Shown in pieces: positions 40,248-49,726 of a stretch of 64,000 nt of DNA. A model generated the notes under the pieces. It was given only the letters and a program-made list of their open reading frames with translations, was not told where the DNA came from and searched no databases. Source of the DNA: Candidatus Bathyarchaeota archaeon. GTDB taxonomy: Archaea; Thermoproteota; Bathyarchaeia; 40CM-2-53-6. A program made the translations under genes and the position numbers. Every line of letters starts with the position of its first letter. The first letter of the stretch is position 1. Location: contig CAVSBL010000002.1 in assembly GCA_963726255.1 (NCBI GenBank), forward strand, positions 2,016,001 to 2,080,000. Reading direction: 5' to 3'.

Positions 40248-42059
40248 TTACCCCACTTTTTCCTCAACTGAACTCGCATTGCTGGTTTCGGTCGGTTGAA
40301 CTCGATCCCGCTTCTCGCGTACGTACTCTATTGCTTCTTTGAACGAATGAGGCAGGAAGATTGGGTTCAGCCTTGCTCCATGAATGGCATATCCTTTCCG
40401 ACGGCTAATTAGGAACATCAGAAGCGCTACCGATATCGGAGCTAGCCAAAGGTTCGCTAGGACTTGTAACATCTGCAACCGTAGAGTGGGCACGAGACCG
40501 GTCAGTAAGAAATCTATGCTGGAGGTTAGGATCCTTGAAATTATTGGAAACACATAATGCTGAACAAAAAGCAGCAATGAGAGGGCGATTCCAATCACCA
40601 GGGCTGTCCAGCTGTATCGCCTGATATGTTCTATCGAGCCGATGCTTGAGTAAGGTATTTCCGCGGTGCTTCTTGAAAAACGACCTCGTTGAATAAACAC
40701 TCTCTTGTTCGTCGCGACAAGCTTCTGTGTGCCATGAGACCACGTACGAGCAACAATCTCCGGTTCTGAAAGCGTAGATCTAACTTCGCTTGGTAATTCT
40801 GCGAGGCCGGTCTCCTTCTCAATCGCTTTTGTGATCGCCAAATCTAACTCTTTGATCAGCTTTGTAAGAGTGAAGTCATCCGCCCTTTTTCTGGCATTGG
40901 CAGAGTACTTCTCCCTCTTTGAATCGTCGTCCACTAGTTCAACTACTGCTTGGGCTGCTCCTTCCACGTCACTTGGCCCCTTCACGTGGACGCCTTCCTG
41001 GTCGTCTCGAATAATCCAAGATTGTCCGCCGACGCCTGATGTGATTACCGGCACTCCCCGATACATGAATTCGAGCTGAGCCAATCCTAGAGCCTCCATC
41101 CGGCTCAGGATGATGTTAAGGTAGGAAGCCTCGATAAGTTGCACTTTTTCCTTTTCACCAATTTCACCAAGATACGTAACATTCGCTAGTTCCTTAGCTC
41201 TCTCCTTCACTTGTTCAGCGTACTCCGAATCACCGGCACCCGCGAGGACGAAGTGAATTTTCTTTCTATCGGTCAACTTCCCAGCAACCTCGAGAACCGC
41301 CATCGGGTTTTTTCGCTCCTCGATGGTTCCAAGGTACGAAACTATCTTTGCATCGCGTGAGAGATGATACCGTTGGAGGAATTCTTCTAAGTTTGATGAT
41401 GCAAAACGCATGAACGCATTGTCATCAACTCCTCCTGGGAAAAGAACATACTTCCGGCGGTCAGTGCCCATCTTTGTTTTAGCCTGCTCCTCGTACGGAG
41501 TTACGACTAGAACGAGGTTAGCGACACGAAGTATCGTTCTGAGTGAGAGGCGATTCCACGCCATTCTGAAAGAGCGCTCAACCACAGAGTACCTACGAGC
41601 TGAGGGTTCTTGGAAATGGGACATGTGACAAAATATCAGTGGGTCTTGAAATCCGCCTAGTTGCTTTATGTTGCGTCTCCATTCCACGAACTTCGCGACT
41701 TCCTCTGGCCCATTCCACATTGTGCTGTGGGTTATCAATACGTTAAGCTGGAAGTCGTTGACGATTCCTTCCAACGCGTGGACTACGTCTTTCAGATTGA
41801 CACGTCGGGGTGGCCAGCTCGAAGTAAAGCTGCCTACCCGAATGATTGGGATACCTAATTCACCGTCATTCGCTTCGACATAGCCTTTCTCGCCGATTGA
41901 GCCTTCACTGACGACCTGTTTTTCATCATGGTATAGGCTGGTGATTAGGTATGCTTCGTGGCCAAGTCTTCTAAAATAGCTCACCATTCTTTGGGCTACA
42001 AGCTCTTGTCCCTTGGAGCGACTCGTCTGATACATTACAACGCCGATTCTCAGCTTCAA
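40248..42059 (-). CDS. Glycosyltransferase family 4 with C-terminal PH-like and 2-TM extension
   Basis: LGTIEERKN, EALGLAQLEFM, GVPVITSGVGG; extension LVATNKRVFI...EIPYSSIGSI plus hydrophobic helices. Confidence 0.85.
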   Translation of the reverse strand: MKLRIGVVMYQTSRSKGQELVAQRMVSYFRRLGHEAYLITSLYHDEKQVVSEGSIGEKGYVEANDGELGIPIIRVGSFTSSWPPRRVNLKDVVHALEGIVNDFQLNVLITHSTMWNGPEEVAKFVEWRRNIKQLGGFQDPLIFCHMSHFQEPSARRYSVVERSFRMAWNRLSLRTILRVANLVLVVTPYEEQAKTKMGTDRRKYVLFPGGVDDNAFMRFASSNLEEFLQRYHLSRDAKIVSYLGTIEERKNPMAVLEVAGKLTDRKKIHFVLAGAGDSEYAEQVKERAKELANVTYLGEIGEKEKVQLIEASYLNIILSRMEALGLAQLEFMYRGVPVITSGVGGQSWIIRDDQEGVHVKGPSDVEGAAQAVVELVDDDSKREKYSANARKRADDFTLTKLIKELDLAITKAIEKETGLAELPSEVRSTLSEPEIVARTWSHGTQKLVATNKRVFIQRGRFSRSTAEIPYSSIGSIEHIRRYSWTALVIGIALSLLLFVQHYVFPIISRILTSSIDFLLTGLVPTLRLQMLQVLANLWLAPISVALLMFLISRRKGYAIHGARLNPIFLPHSFKEAIEYVREKRDRVQPTETSNASSVEEKVG

Positions 42060-42234
42060 GGGGGCTCACCGGAGTATTCGTCATGCGACTGATATTACGT
42101 TAAGCCAGACTAGACCTGTTTTCTAACCTGCCGCCCAGCGTGATTCGGCAGGTGGTCTCTCAACCTAAAGGGGCCTACGAGCCATCATTGTTATAACGGC
42201 ATGTCCGCCGTTTGAAAAGGCAGGGTATACTGGA

Positions 42235-43011
42235 ATGACGCATGTAGACGCAATATTCTCCGACTATGATGGCACCCTTTGCGCGTTGGAACTTCGACGA
42301 GAAGACGCGTTCATCGCACCAAGGCTACGGCGGGTACTAATCAAAGCCAGCAAAGAGATCAAGCTAGGGATTGTAACAACCAAAGACCTCGCTTTTATCA
42401 AGGACCGGGTGCCGTTCGCGCACGGCTTCGCGGCAACATGCGGATTGGAGATGCGAGTTGGCGACAGAATAGTCGTGGACGAACGCGTTCGAGAACCAAA
42501 CAAGAAGATTGAGAAGGCATACCAAGACACCCTTAAGGCAATCCTTCAGATCCGCGACAACATTATGATTGAAAGAAAGGAAACCGAAGACGGCGACCTG
42601 ATTGCTTTCTGCATCGATTGGAGGCTGTCCCGCAATTGGGACGAAGCGCACAAGAAGGCGGCGCCCGCACTGGCACTCTGCAAGGGGGAAGGGTTGTACG
42701 TTGTTGAGTCGGAGATCAGCCCTTTCGCGAACATCTACCCATTTGAAGTGGACAAGGGCGCGGCCCTCACTAAGCTGCGGACCGAGATGGGCATTACAGG
42801 GCCGGTAATGTACATGGGCGATTCCGAGGCGGATGACCAGGCCTTCCAGCTTGCAGATATTTCAGTCGGCATCAAGCACCGGCGAATCATGCCAGCGCTA
42901 AAATGCAAATATCGGTTGGAATTCTTCGAACTCGACAGCTTTCTCTCAAAACTGATTGATTCAGATTTCAATTTTCAAGAAGGGATGTTGCAGAGAAACA
43001 CACCGGCCTAG
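42235..43011 (+). CDS. HAD-IIB sugar-phosphate phosphatase (trehalose-phosphatase-like)
   Basis: SDYDGTL (motif I), VDKG (III), MGDSEAD (IV). Confidence 0.8.
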   Translation: MTHVDAIFSDYDGTLCALELRREDAFIAPRLRRVLIKASKEIKLGIVTTKDLAFIKDRVPFAHGFAATCGLEMRVGDRIVVDERVREPNKKIEKAYQDTLKAILQIRDNIMIERKETEDGDLIAFCIDWRLSRNWDEAHKKAAPALALCKGEGLYVVESEISPFANIYPFEVDKGAALTKLRTEMGITGPVMYMGDSEADDQAFQLADISVGIKHRRIMPALKCKYRLEFFELDSFLSKLIDSDFNFQEGMLQRNTPA

Positions 43012-43062
43012 AACCAAGCCTCGGGCGGGGTGGTTCCAAAGTTTCTACCGGGCACTCGAGGT

Positions 43063-43077
43063 TTCTACCAAGTGTAA
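43063..43077. promoter_or_regulatory. Palindromic operator copy 2 (TTCTAC-CAA-GTGTAA) with extra half-site at 43041
   Basis: GTTTCTACC repeated at 43041 and 43061 (20-bp spacing); 6 nt upstream of TTAAC. Confidence 0.6.
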
Positions 43078-43129
43078 CTACGCTTAACCGCTGTCAAGCA
43101 GGGGGTAGTGCTCAGGAGGTTCGAAGAAT

Positions 43130-43588
43130 ATGAATGGAATGTCGCCAGTAAAACATGGGTTCGTTGACCTAGCCGCAGTATTTTTCGTAATCGGCGGCGT
43201 CGTCAGCCTCATCATGACTCTTCTAACAGTTCCCATCGACAGCATCTATCCCTTCACACCTCCAACTAGCGTAGGCACTGAATTCCTCATCATACTCGGC
43301 ATAAGCCTCATTTGCTCCCTCGGTGCCATCCACTGCTACTCGCTTGCGACGAGACGCTTGTTATCTGAGGCAGGGATCAGAGGCCTGATCTTCGGAGCAT
43401 TACTACTGATATTCAGTTTGGGGCTGGTTGGAAGCCTTAGGACATCCAGTAGCTCTCTGCTCACCGCGTTAAGTGCCGTGCTCACTCTCATCGCCGGCAC
43501 CATCTGCTTCGTCATGCGGCATACAACCGTTTCCGAATCAGCCATCGCACGCCAACATGCTATCGCTCAGCCCACCTTCCAAGCTTAG
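43130..43588 (+). CDS. Four-TM membrane protein with C-x5-H-C motif (paralog of 54131..54535)
   Basis: GFVDLAAVFFVIGG...ICSLGAIHCYSLATRRLLSEAG. Confidence 0.8.
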   Translation: MNGMSPVKHGFVDLAAVFFVIGGVVSLIMTLLTVPIDSIYPFTPPTSVGTEFLIILGISLICSLGAIHCYSLATRRLLSEAGIRGLIFGALLLIFSLGLVGSLRTSSSSLLTALSAVLTLIAGTICFVMRHTTVSESAIARQHAIAQPTFQA

Positions 43589-43684
43589 AGCACGAACAAG
43601 CCCATTTTTTCTTCGAATTCGCAGGGATTCCTCTGTCTTCCTTCATATCGACCGCTACCTTGTTTACAAGGCTACTGTACGTAA

Positions 43685-43957
43685 GTGACGAGCCGCACAG
43701 TTTGGAGAGAAAGCGCGACGGTCGAAGTAAAGAGGTTGGCCGAGAAGATCCTTGATTTTCTTCATGAGGAAGACGAGAGGCGAGGTCACCCTAGTGTTCC
43801 CATCGCCGCGTTGTACAAGGCCTTTGAGAAGGAAGCCTCATACGATGCGGTTCAACACGCGATAAGATTCCTGGTCGATAGGGACTTGATCGCACCATTC
43901 AGCTACAGCCTTACTGCGAAAGGCAGACGAGAACGAGGGCTAAGGCTGAAGCCTTGA
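43685..43957 (+). CDS. Small winged-helix DNA-binding protein
   Basis: EKILDFL...VPIAAL...AVQHAIRFLVDRDLI...YSLTAKGR wHTH pattern. Confidence 0.65.
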   Translation: MTSRTVWRESATVEVKRLAEKILDFLHEEDERRGHPSVPIAALYKAFEKEASYDAVQHAIRFLVDRDLIAPFSYSLTAKGRRERGLRLKP

Positions 43958-44024
43958 CCACCTGAATGGTGATTGCTTTCAGTTTTGACTCGTCGGAAAT
44001 CCCAGCGGTTTTAGCATTGGAACG

Positions 44025-44999
44025 TTATTGATGGCCGATTACGGGGTGCGGTTTGTACCCTTCGTCTAATTGTTTCATGTCCTCTGCATCGAGCTTGACA
44101 TCGAGCGAACCGGCGGCTTCTTCGATGTGTTCCACCTTTGTGGCACCGATTATTGGTGCGGCCACTCCTTTATGGAGTAACCATGAAAGGGAAACTTGAG
44201 CGGGGGTAACGCCCTTCTGTTTGGCCACAGCTTCAACTGCATCCAGCACGTTGAAGTCTTCGGGTTTGAAATACCGGCCTGCGAGATACTCGTCGCTCTC
44301 AAACCGAGACGTCTTTGGTTTTTCTCCTCGCTTGTATTTTCCCGTAAGAAAGCCGCGGGCGAGGGGGCTCCACGGGATCAGTGCGATGCCTTCCTCCTTG
44401 CATAGGGGAATCATCTCCCGTTCTTCCTCGCGGTAAAGGAGGTTGTAATGGTTCTGCATGCTGACGAACCTTCCCAAGCCTAGTCGGTCACTGGTGTGGA
44501 GCGCTTTGAGAAACTGCCAAGCAAACATGCTCGAGGCACCGATGTAATGCGTGAACCCGCTATGTACAACGTCGTTTAGGGCCCGCATGGTTTCTTCGAT
44601 GGGCGTGTTGTAATCCCACCTATGGATCTGGTATAGGTCGACGTGATCTCTCTGCAGGCGTTTCAGAGAAGCCCTGATTTGGGCCATGATATGTCGCCGA
44701 GATAGGCCCGACTCATTCGGCCGTTCCCCTGTAGGAAAATAGACTTTCGTTGCGATAACGACGTCCTCGCCATACCCTTTCAAACATTCGCCCGTAATCT
44801 CCTCGGAGCGACCTGACGAGTAAACATTTGCAGTATCGTAGAAGGTTATTCCGAGGTCGACAGCCTTCTTCAACAGCTTTCGAGCTTGATCGAGTTCAAC
44901 CTTCCATGCAGCGTCGTTGCCGAATGACATGCAGCCCAAGCAAATCCGCGACACCTTGACGCCTGCTCTGCCAAGATTCACATATTCCATGACGGGCAC
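44025..44999 (-). CDS. Aldo/keto reductase (YajO-like)
   Basis: DTANVYSSGRSE, IATKV, DLYQIHRWD, PWSPLARG. Confidence 0.95.
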   Translation of the reverse strand: MPVMEYVNLGRAGVKVSRICLGCMSFGNDAAWKVELDQARKLLKKAVDLGITFYDTANVYSSGRSEEITGECLKGYGEDVVIATKVYFPTGERPNESGLSRRHIMAQIRASLKRLQRDHVDLYQIHRWDYNTPIEETMRALNDVVHSGFTHYIGASSMFAWQFLKALHTSDRLGLGRFVSMQNHYNLLYREEEREMIPLCKEEGIALIPWSPLARGFLTGKYKRGEKPKTSRFESDEYLAGRYFKPEDFNVLDAVEAVAKQKGVTPAQVSLSWLLHKGVAAPIIGATKVEHIEEAAGSLDVKLDAEDMKQLDEGYKPHPVIGHQ

Positions 45000-45079
45000 C
45001 GTTTCGTTCCATTTTTCTTCGTTTGCAACGCGGCGACCTAGAACGCTGCCTTCAGTATAACGCTTGGCGTGCTATACGG

Positions 45080-45397
45080 TTAGGTTTGCACTTTCAATGT
45101 TATGGTTATGTGGTCGGGGTACCGCGGACGCCCCATTTCTCGGTATTCCTCTTCGGTTAGTGTGACGATCAGCCTGGGTGTGCCGAGTTGTTGGCCCACG
45201 CCGGGAAGTTGAGTTAACACCCTTTGGACGGCTATTGTTACGCCGGCCATTTCCCTATCCATTTCAAGCGGCATCGTGACTGGGCCCTTGAGCGGGTCGC
45301 CTAACGTAATTTGGACCATCGGCCTCCCTTGAGAAGATTGAATTGGTGTAACCATCAAGACGGTCCCCTCGATAGTAACCTCTCCCATACAGATCAC
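45080..45397 (-). CDS. Arcadin-1-like protein
   Basis: Small beta-rich protein with PRLIVTLTEEEY...ITITL, resembling my recollection of crenarchaeal arcadin-1. Confidence 0.55.
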   Translation of the reverse strand: MICMGEVTIEGTVLMVTPIQSSQGRPMVQITLGDPLKGPVTMPLEMDREMAGVTIAVQRVLTQLPGVGQQLGTPRLIVTLTEEEYREMGRPRYPDHITITLKVQT

Positions 45398-45475
45398 GCT
45401 ATGAGGGCGCTAAACCGGTTGCCTGCTATTCTAAGCTTGCGGGAAAGATGGTACCCTCGTTCAGATGAAGCTGCC

Positions 45476-45754
45476 CTATGCTCCCGGCTTCACTTTGTAA
45501 ACGATATCGTTCTCCCTTACGTGGCCGGCAACTTTCATTCCGATGCTTTGTCCAGCTTTGGCGTTTGGGATTTGTTTGTGTTCGATTTCCATGGAGTCAA
45601 CCGTCTGTTCGATGTTGGTCGTGCTGCCTCGAATGACAATCTTATCGCCTTTGTTGAGTGCGGCAGACAACTCAACTACAGCCACGCTGGCTTTCGAGTA
45701 GAAGTGCGTGATCCTACCAACTTTCTCATATGCAGGTTCCATACAGAATTCCAC
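45476..45754 (-). CDS. EF-Tu domain II-like small beta-barrel protein
   Basis: VGRITHFYSKASVA, GDKI, QTVDSMEIEH, GQSIGMKV, VRENDIVY. Confidence 0.8.
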   Translation of the reverse strand: MEFCMEPAYEKVGRITHFYSKASVAVVELSAALNKGDKIVIRGSTTNIEQTVDSMEIEHKQIPNAKAGQSIGMKVAGHVRENDIVYKVKPGA

Positions 45755-45809
45755 TGAAAGAACCGCGGTCTTAGTTGAATTGTCTTGTGGTTGCTAGCGA
45801 AGTTAGATA

Positions 45810-45905
45810 ATGGCGGCGGGGCGAGGACACGCAACCGTGCGTTTGCACGTTGAGCGTTGTCAGCTCGCCCTCCGCGCTGTGTTGGAGGGGCATGGAGTCT
45901 GCCAT
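45810..45905. ncRNA. Candidate structured RNA (long GC-rich hairpin in a divergent intergenic region)
   Basis: ATGGCGG/CTGCCAT outer stem; GGGCGAG/CTCGCCC, GACA/TGTC and CGTGC/GCACG nested stems. Confidence 0.35.
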
Positions 45906-46052
45906 ATTAATGTTCCGTAAAGTGAACATCAATGTACCCATCAGTTTCGGGCAGAAACCAGGCAATGAGAAGACTTAGCTTTCGCTTCCGTGAACTAGGG
46001 GCGAATATTTCGCAGCGGGGCGAACGCATTCCAGGCCTCAATCCAATCAATT

Positions 46053-48008
46053 GTGGAGGACATACTGTCCAAGCGGCCTGACCTGTCCCAGGAACAAGTG
46101 CTTGCCCTCATCGACGCGAAGAAGAAGGAAGGACGCGGCCTACTCTCAGATGAAGGCGCAGCTAGACTGGTAGCAGAGGAACTTCTGGTCCAGACACATG
46201 GAACAGAGCTGGGCAGAATGCGGGTCAAGGACCTTGTGAGCGGCCTTAATGACGTAAGCATCTCAGGACGTGTACTCTTGTCTTGGCCCCCGCAACAATT
46301 TCAGCGCCGGGACGGAACCCCGGGGCGTGTCATGCGACTGATGTTGGTTGATCGAAGTGGCCGTGTTCGTTGCGCGCTATGGGACAAGCATGTGGATATT
46401 CTTTCAAGGGCAGGGAACCTGCAGGGTAGAATACTCCGAATCGGGCACGCTTACACGAGACAAGGACTCGCAGGTGACACCGAAATTCACGCCGGAGACC
46501 GCGCAAGCATTGAGATAGACCCGCAAGACATGCCAACCGCCGACTTTCCCGAGTTCAAGGAACTATTCACACCCCTCGGCAAACTCGCAGCTGACGCGTA
46601 CCAATTGAACGTCGTTGGCGTCATACAGGCAGAGCCACGGCATTACACCTTTCAGAAAGAAGACCGACAAGGTAGCGTACTTCGAACCGCCATCGCAGAC
46701 GAATCAGGCAGTATGCCCATGGTCGCCTGGAACGAACGTGCCGAAGAGCTAAGACAGGTCAAGAAAGGCGATATCCTGCAAGTTCTGAACGCCAGAACCA
46801 AGCTAGACAATAACGGGCGCACAGAACTGCATGTTGAAAGCCGAAGCCAGGTGGCTATTCTTCCGACACCACCAGACCACCTTAGGATGCCGGTAACAAA
46901 GACATACAAGCTGTCAGACATCACAGGCCAACTCGCTTCAGTAGACCTGTCGGTTTCCTTGCTAGCCAAAGGCCCACCCCAAGAAGTCAAGAGAGCAACA
47001 GGGGAAACCACTAAGGTTGCAAGACTCATCGTCGGGGACGAAACTGAAATGGTCTCCCTATCCCTGTGGGACGACAAAGCGGAACTCGCTAACCAACTTA
47101 CAGAGGGTGAAACTGTAGACCTTCGTGGAATTTCCGTTCGCGAACGGCTAGGGGAAGTAAGCCTGAGCCTTGGAAGGTCCGGCGAGTTACAAAAATCAAT
47201 AAAAAAGATTGAAGCCCAAAAGGGAACGAAGCTCAACTGCCTGAAAAACGTGAAAGGCCTGCTAATGGTAGAAGCTGCTGTGTCCGATCAGCCACTGGTC
47301 CGGCAGGTGGTAACTGACAAGGGCGAAACGGTGAACCTCGCATCTTTCACACTCCGCGACGAGACGGGGTTGGCGAAGGTAACCTTCTGGAGAGACCAAG
47401 TCGCCGCGGTTACGCCGCTAAGGCCGGGAGTGCGCGTAAAGATCACGGGGTTAAGGGTACGGGCCGGACTCGGCGGTGAACTGGAGTTGAGCTCAGTGCC
47501 AGCCACGAAGATCGAAACCGTCGATGCCCCGGCGAGTGAGAGGCCTGCTTGGGAGGACATCCGACATGTAATCGCACTTGAACCAGGCTTGACCACATGG
47601 GTAAAGGGCGTGGTCCTAGAAACCATCGGCGCCCCCAAACTCCTCGCCGTATGCGAGACCTGCAACTCGGTGCTAAAGGTCTCCGAGAAGAACTTCACCT
47701 GTGAAAAGTGCAATTCGGGGAAGGCGGGAAGTGTCAGGTTCGCGGGAAGGTTCAAGATCGATGACGGAACAGGCGTAGCTGAGGTCACAATCTCCGACCT
47801 CGACCCTGCCCAATTTGCCTCAATGAAATCGGCGGATATTAAAGAACGAATGCTCAAAGAAGAAAAATCGGAGCTTGGGCTGGCCAAGGAAGACGTTAGC
47901 GGGATGATTGGAAAGGAACTTGAAGTCTATGGAACCGCGGAGCCAACCGGAACGAAAGGCAAGTTCGAAGTTAAGGCCAAGAAGGTTATCGCAGTTGGTA
48001 AGCTCTAG
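46053..48008 (+). CDS. rpa: Replication protein A large subunit (multiple OB folds + zinc finger)
   Basis: Repeated OB motifs DRSGRVRCALWD, DESGSMPMVAWN, DETEMVSLSLWD, DETGLAKVTFW, DDGTG; CETC...CEKC. Confidence 0.9.
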   Translation: MEDILSKRPDLSQEQVLALIDAKKKEGRGLLSDEGAARLVAEELLVQTHGTELGRMRVKDLVSGLNDVSISGRVLLSWPPQQFQRRDGTPGRVMRLMLVDRSGRVRCALWDKHVDILSRAGNLQGRILRIGHAYTRQGLAGDTEIHAGDRASIEIDPQDMPTADFPEFKELFTPLGKLAADAYQLNVVGVIQAEPRHYTFQKEDRQGSVLRTAIADESGSMPMVAWNERAEELRQVKKGDILQVLNARTKLDNNGRTELHVESRSQVAILPTPPDHLRMPVTKTYKLSDITGQLASVDLSVSLLAKGPPQEVKRATGETTKVARLIVGDETEMVSLSLWDDKAELANQLTEGETVDLRGISVRERLGEVSLSLGRSGELQKSIKKIEAQKGTKLNCLKNVKGLLMVEAAVSDQPLVRQVVTDKGETVNLASFTLRDETGLAKVTFWRDQVAAVTPLRPGVRVKITGLRVRAGLGGELELSSVPATKIETVDAPASERPAWEDIRHVIALEPGLTTWVKGVVLETIGAPKLLAVCETCNSVLKVSEKNFTCEKCNSGKAGSVRFAGRFKIDDGTGVAEVTISDLDPAQFASMKSADIKERMLKEEKSELGLAKEDVSGMIGKELEVYGTAEPTGTKGKFEVKAKKVIAVGKL

Positions 48009-48155
48009 AACGGTGCCATTCCAAAAATCTAATAACTCCTTCAAAAGGAATTAACGGTTGGAAATCGTAACACGAAGGGAGTCCATGCAGCCCAAATGAT
48101 GCTGCTTTTCTTCTTCTGAAAAGCCGACCCGAAAGATGTCTTGTAGGTAGATTTC

Positions 48156-48611
48156 TTGTCACTCCTCCGAAATGTTATCGGCCCTCATCCCAATCTTTGG
48201 GATTACATCAACACCGTGAAGAACTCGACGGTCAAACAAACCATAAAGAAACGGATACAAGAGTACCAACCAAAAGCCGACGTGATCGACAAGTTCTCAA
48301 GCATAACTGACCGCTACTTCTTCGTTGTGTTCGCAACCGAGTGGAACGCAGAATGCCGCGCCCAGCTTCCGAACCTTGCCAAAGTCTTCGTCGCAGCAAA
48401 CAACGCCGCGTTGAACATCAAAGTCATCGATTTCGACGAGAACCGTGACATCGCCGACGAAATGAACGTACTCAGAATCCCAACCGTAATCGTCCACGAC
48501 CGCGCATGGCGTGAGATAGGTAGGTTTGTTGAAAAACCACAACACGGCGGAACGCTCGAAGAAGAACTCTGGGAAATAATCGAAAAGAACAACAACAAGA
48601 AGACGCAATGA
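48156..48611 (+). CDS. Thioredoxin-fold protein with atypical WNAEC site
   Basis: FATEWNAECR, RIPTVI, EIGRFVEKP. Confidence 0.78.
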   Translation: MSLLRNVIGPHPNLWDYINTVKNSTVKQTIKKRIQEYQPKADVIDKFSSITDRYFFVVFATEWNAECRAQLPNLAKVFVAANNAALNIKVIDFDENRDIADEMNVLRIPTVIVHDRAWREIGRFVEKPQHGGTLEEELWEIIEKNNNKKTQ

Positions 48612-48648
48612 AACGCCCAGCGACTATTGTGGAACCGGCGAGCTTACA

Positions 48649-49152
48649 ATGGACACTTTCACCTGCATCAGAACACGCCGCGAAATACGAGAATACTTAG
48701 ACAAACCCATACCTGAGGAAAGCCTGCAGCAAATCCTCGAGGCAGGCCGGCTCGCGCCGAGCTCAAAGAACTCACAGCCATGGCACTTCATGGTCATTAG
48801 AAATAAGGATACGTTGAGAAAGGTCTCTGAACTTACCCCTACGGGCGCCCACATTGCGAAAGCCCCCCTAGCACTTGCCATCCTCATGGATTGTGCAAAG
48901 CTACCGGAAATTGACGGCACACGCGCAATTCAGAACATGGTTCTTGCCGCCTGGGATCTTGGAATCGGTTCCTGCTGGGTCACTAATTTCTACGAAGATG
49001 GAGTTAAGGATCTTCTGAATGCACCGCAGAGAATGAAGCTAGTGACGGTTATGCCCTTTGGCTATCCAGCCGAACCGAAGACCAACCGCAAGAAGAATCG
49101 AAAGCCCCTACAGGAAATCGTACACTACGAGAGATTCGAAGGCCACCGCTGA
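48649..49152 (+). CDS. Nitroreductase family protein
   Basis: RREIREY, APSSKNSQPWHF, QNMVLAAWDLGIGSCW. Confidence 0.92.
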   Translation: MDTFTCIRTRREIREYLDKPIPEESLQQILEAGRLAPSSKNSQPWHFMVIRNKDTLRKVSELTPTGAHIAKAPLALAILMDCAKLPEIDGTRAIQNMVLAAWDLGIGSCWVTNFYEDGVKDLLNAPQRMKLVTVMPFGYPAEPKTNRKKNRKPLQEIVHYERFEGHR

Positions 49153-49222
49153 CTACAACACTAGTTTGAAGGCAACGCCCCCGATTTCTGGAAAGTGTTG
49201 CGGGAGGTGGAATTCAACGTTT

Positions 49223-49726
49223 TCAGTACGTTGAAATCTTGATTACACCGGGAATTTTGAGAAGCTTCTGCAGTATTGTTCCGGTAGGTTCCCTTTCGAC
49301 GACAAGTGTGAGTTTCGGTTCGGGTGTGAGGTCAGGGTCGTCCGCGACTGCCTGTCTTATTGCTATATTCTCTTGCGCGATCAATGACGCTGCTTTGGCT
49401 ACGATACCAACCGTATGTGGGTCGGCGTAGATTTCGATGACGCTGTAACCAAGAAACTTGGCAACATCTGCAAGGAATGGGCCTGCGGGACGGAGTTTCT
49501 CAAAGACGGGATTGAGAACAGGGTCTGAGGAAATTAGTTGGGCGGTGTCCCGTACGGTTCTTCGGTCAACATGTAGATGGCGGGCGATCTTTACGTCGGA
49601 CAATTCTATGCCGCCACAATAGATTTTGTTTCCCTCTTTGATGCTGAGGCCCAACTCTACGAAGGCCCTGGCAACCTTCTGCCTGCCAGGATATTCCTCG
49701 AGCCGCTCCGAGATCTGTCTCCACAT
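49223..49726 (-). CDS. Archaeal ACT-domain amino-acid-binding regulator (COG2150-like)
   Basis: IYCGGIE...IARHLHVDRRTV HTH; ACT GIVAKA...IAIRQ...DDP. Confidence 0.85.
   Translation of the reverse strand: MWRQISERLEEYPGRQKVARAFVELGLSIKEGNKIYCGGIELSDVKIARHLHVDRRTVRDTAQLISSDPVLNPVFEKLRPAGPFLADVAKFLGYSVIEIYADPHTVGIVAKAASLIAQENIAIRQAVADDPDLTPEPKLTLVVEREPTGTILQKLLKIPGVIKISTY

Noticed and set aside
45811-45880. Minus-strand tRNA or tRNA-Sec (ends CCGCCA)
   Set aside because: No T-loop (TTCRA), D-loop or anticodon arm; it folds as a rod, not a cloverleaf.
45888-45945. Fluoride riboswitch resemblance (GGCATGGAGTCTGCC...stem...AATGTACCC)
   Set aside because: P1 lacks a conserved base, the pseudoknot partner ACTCC is absent, and the downstream gene is RPA rather than a fluoride-related gene.
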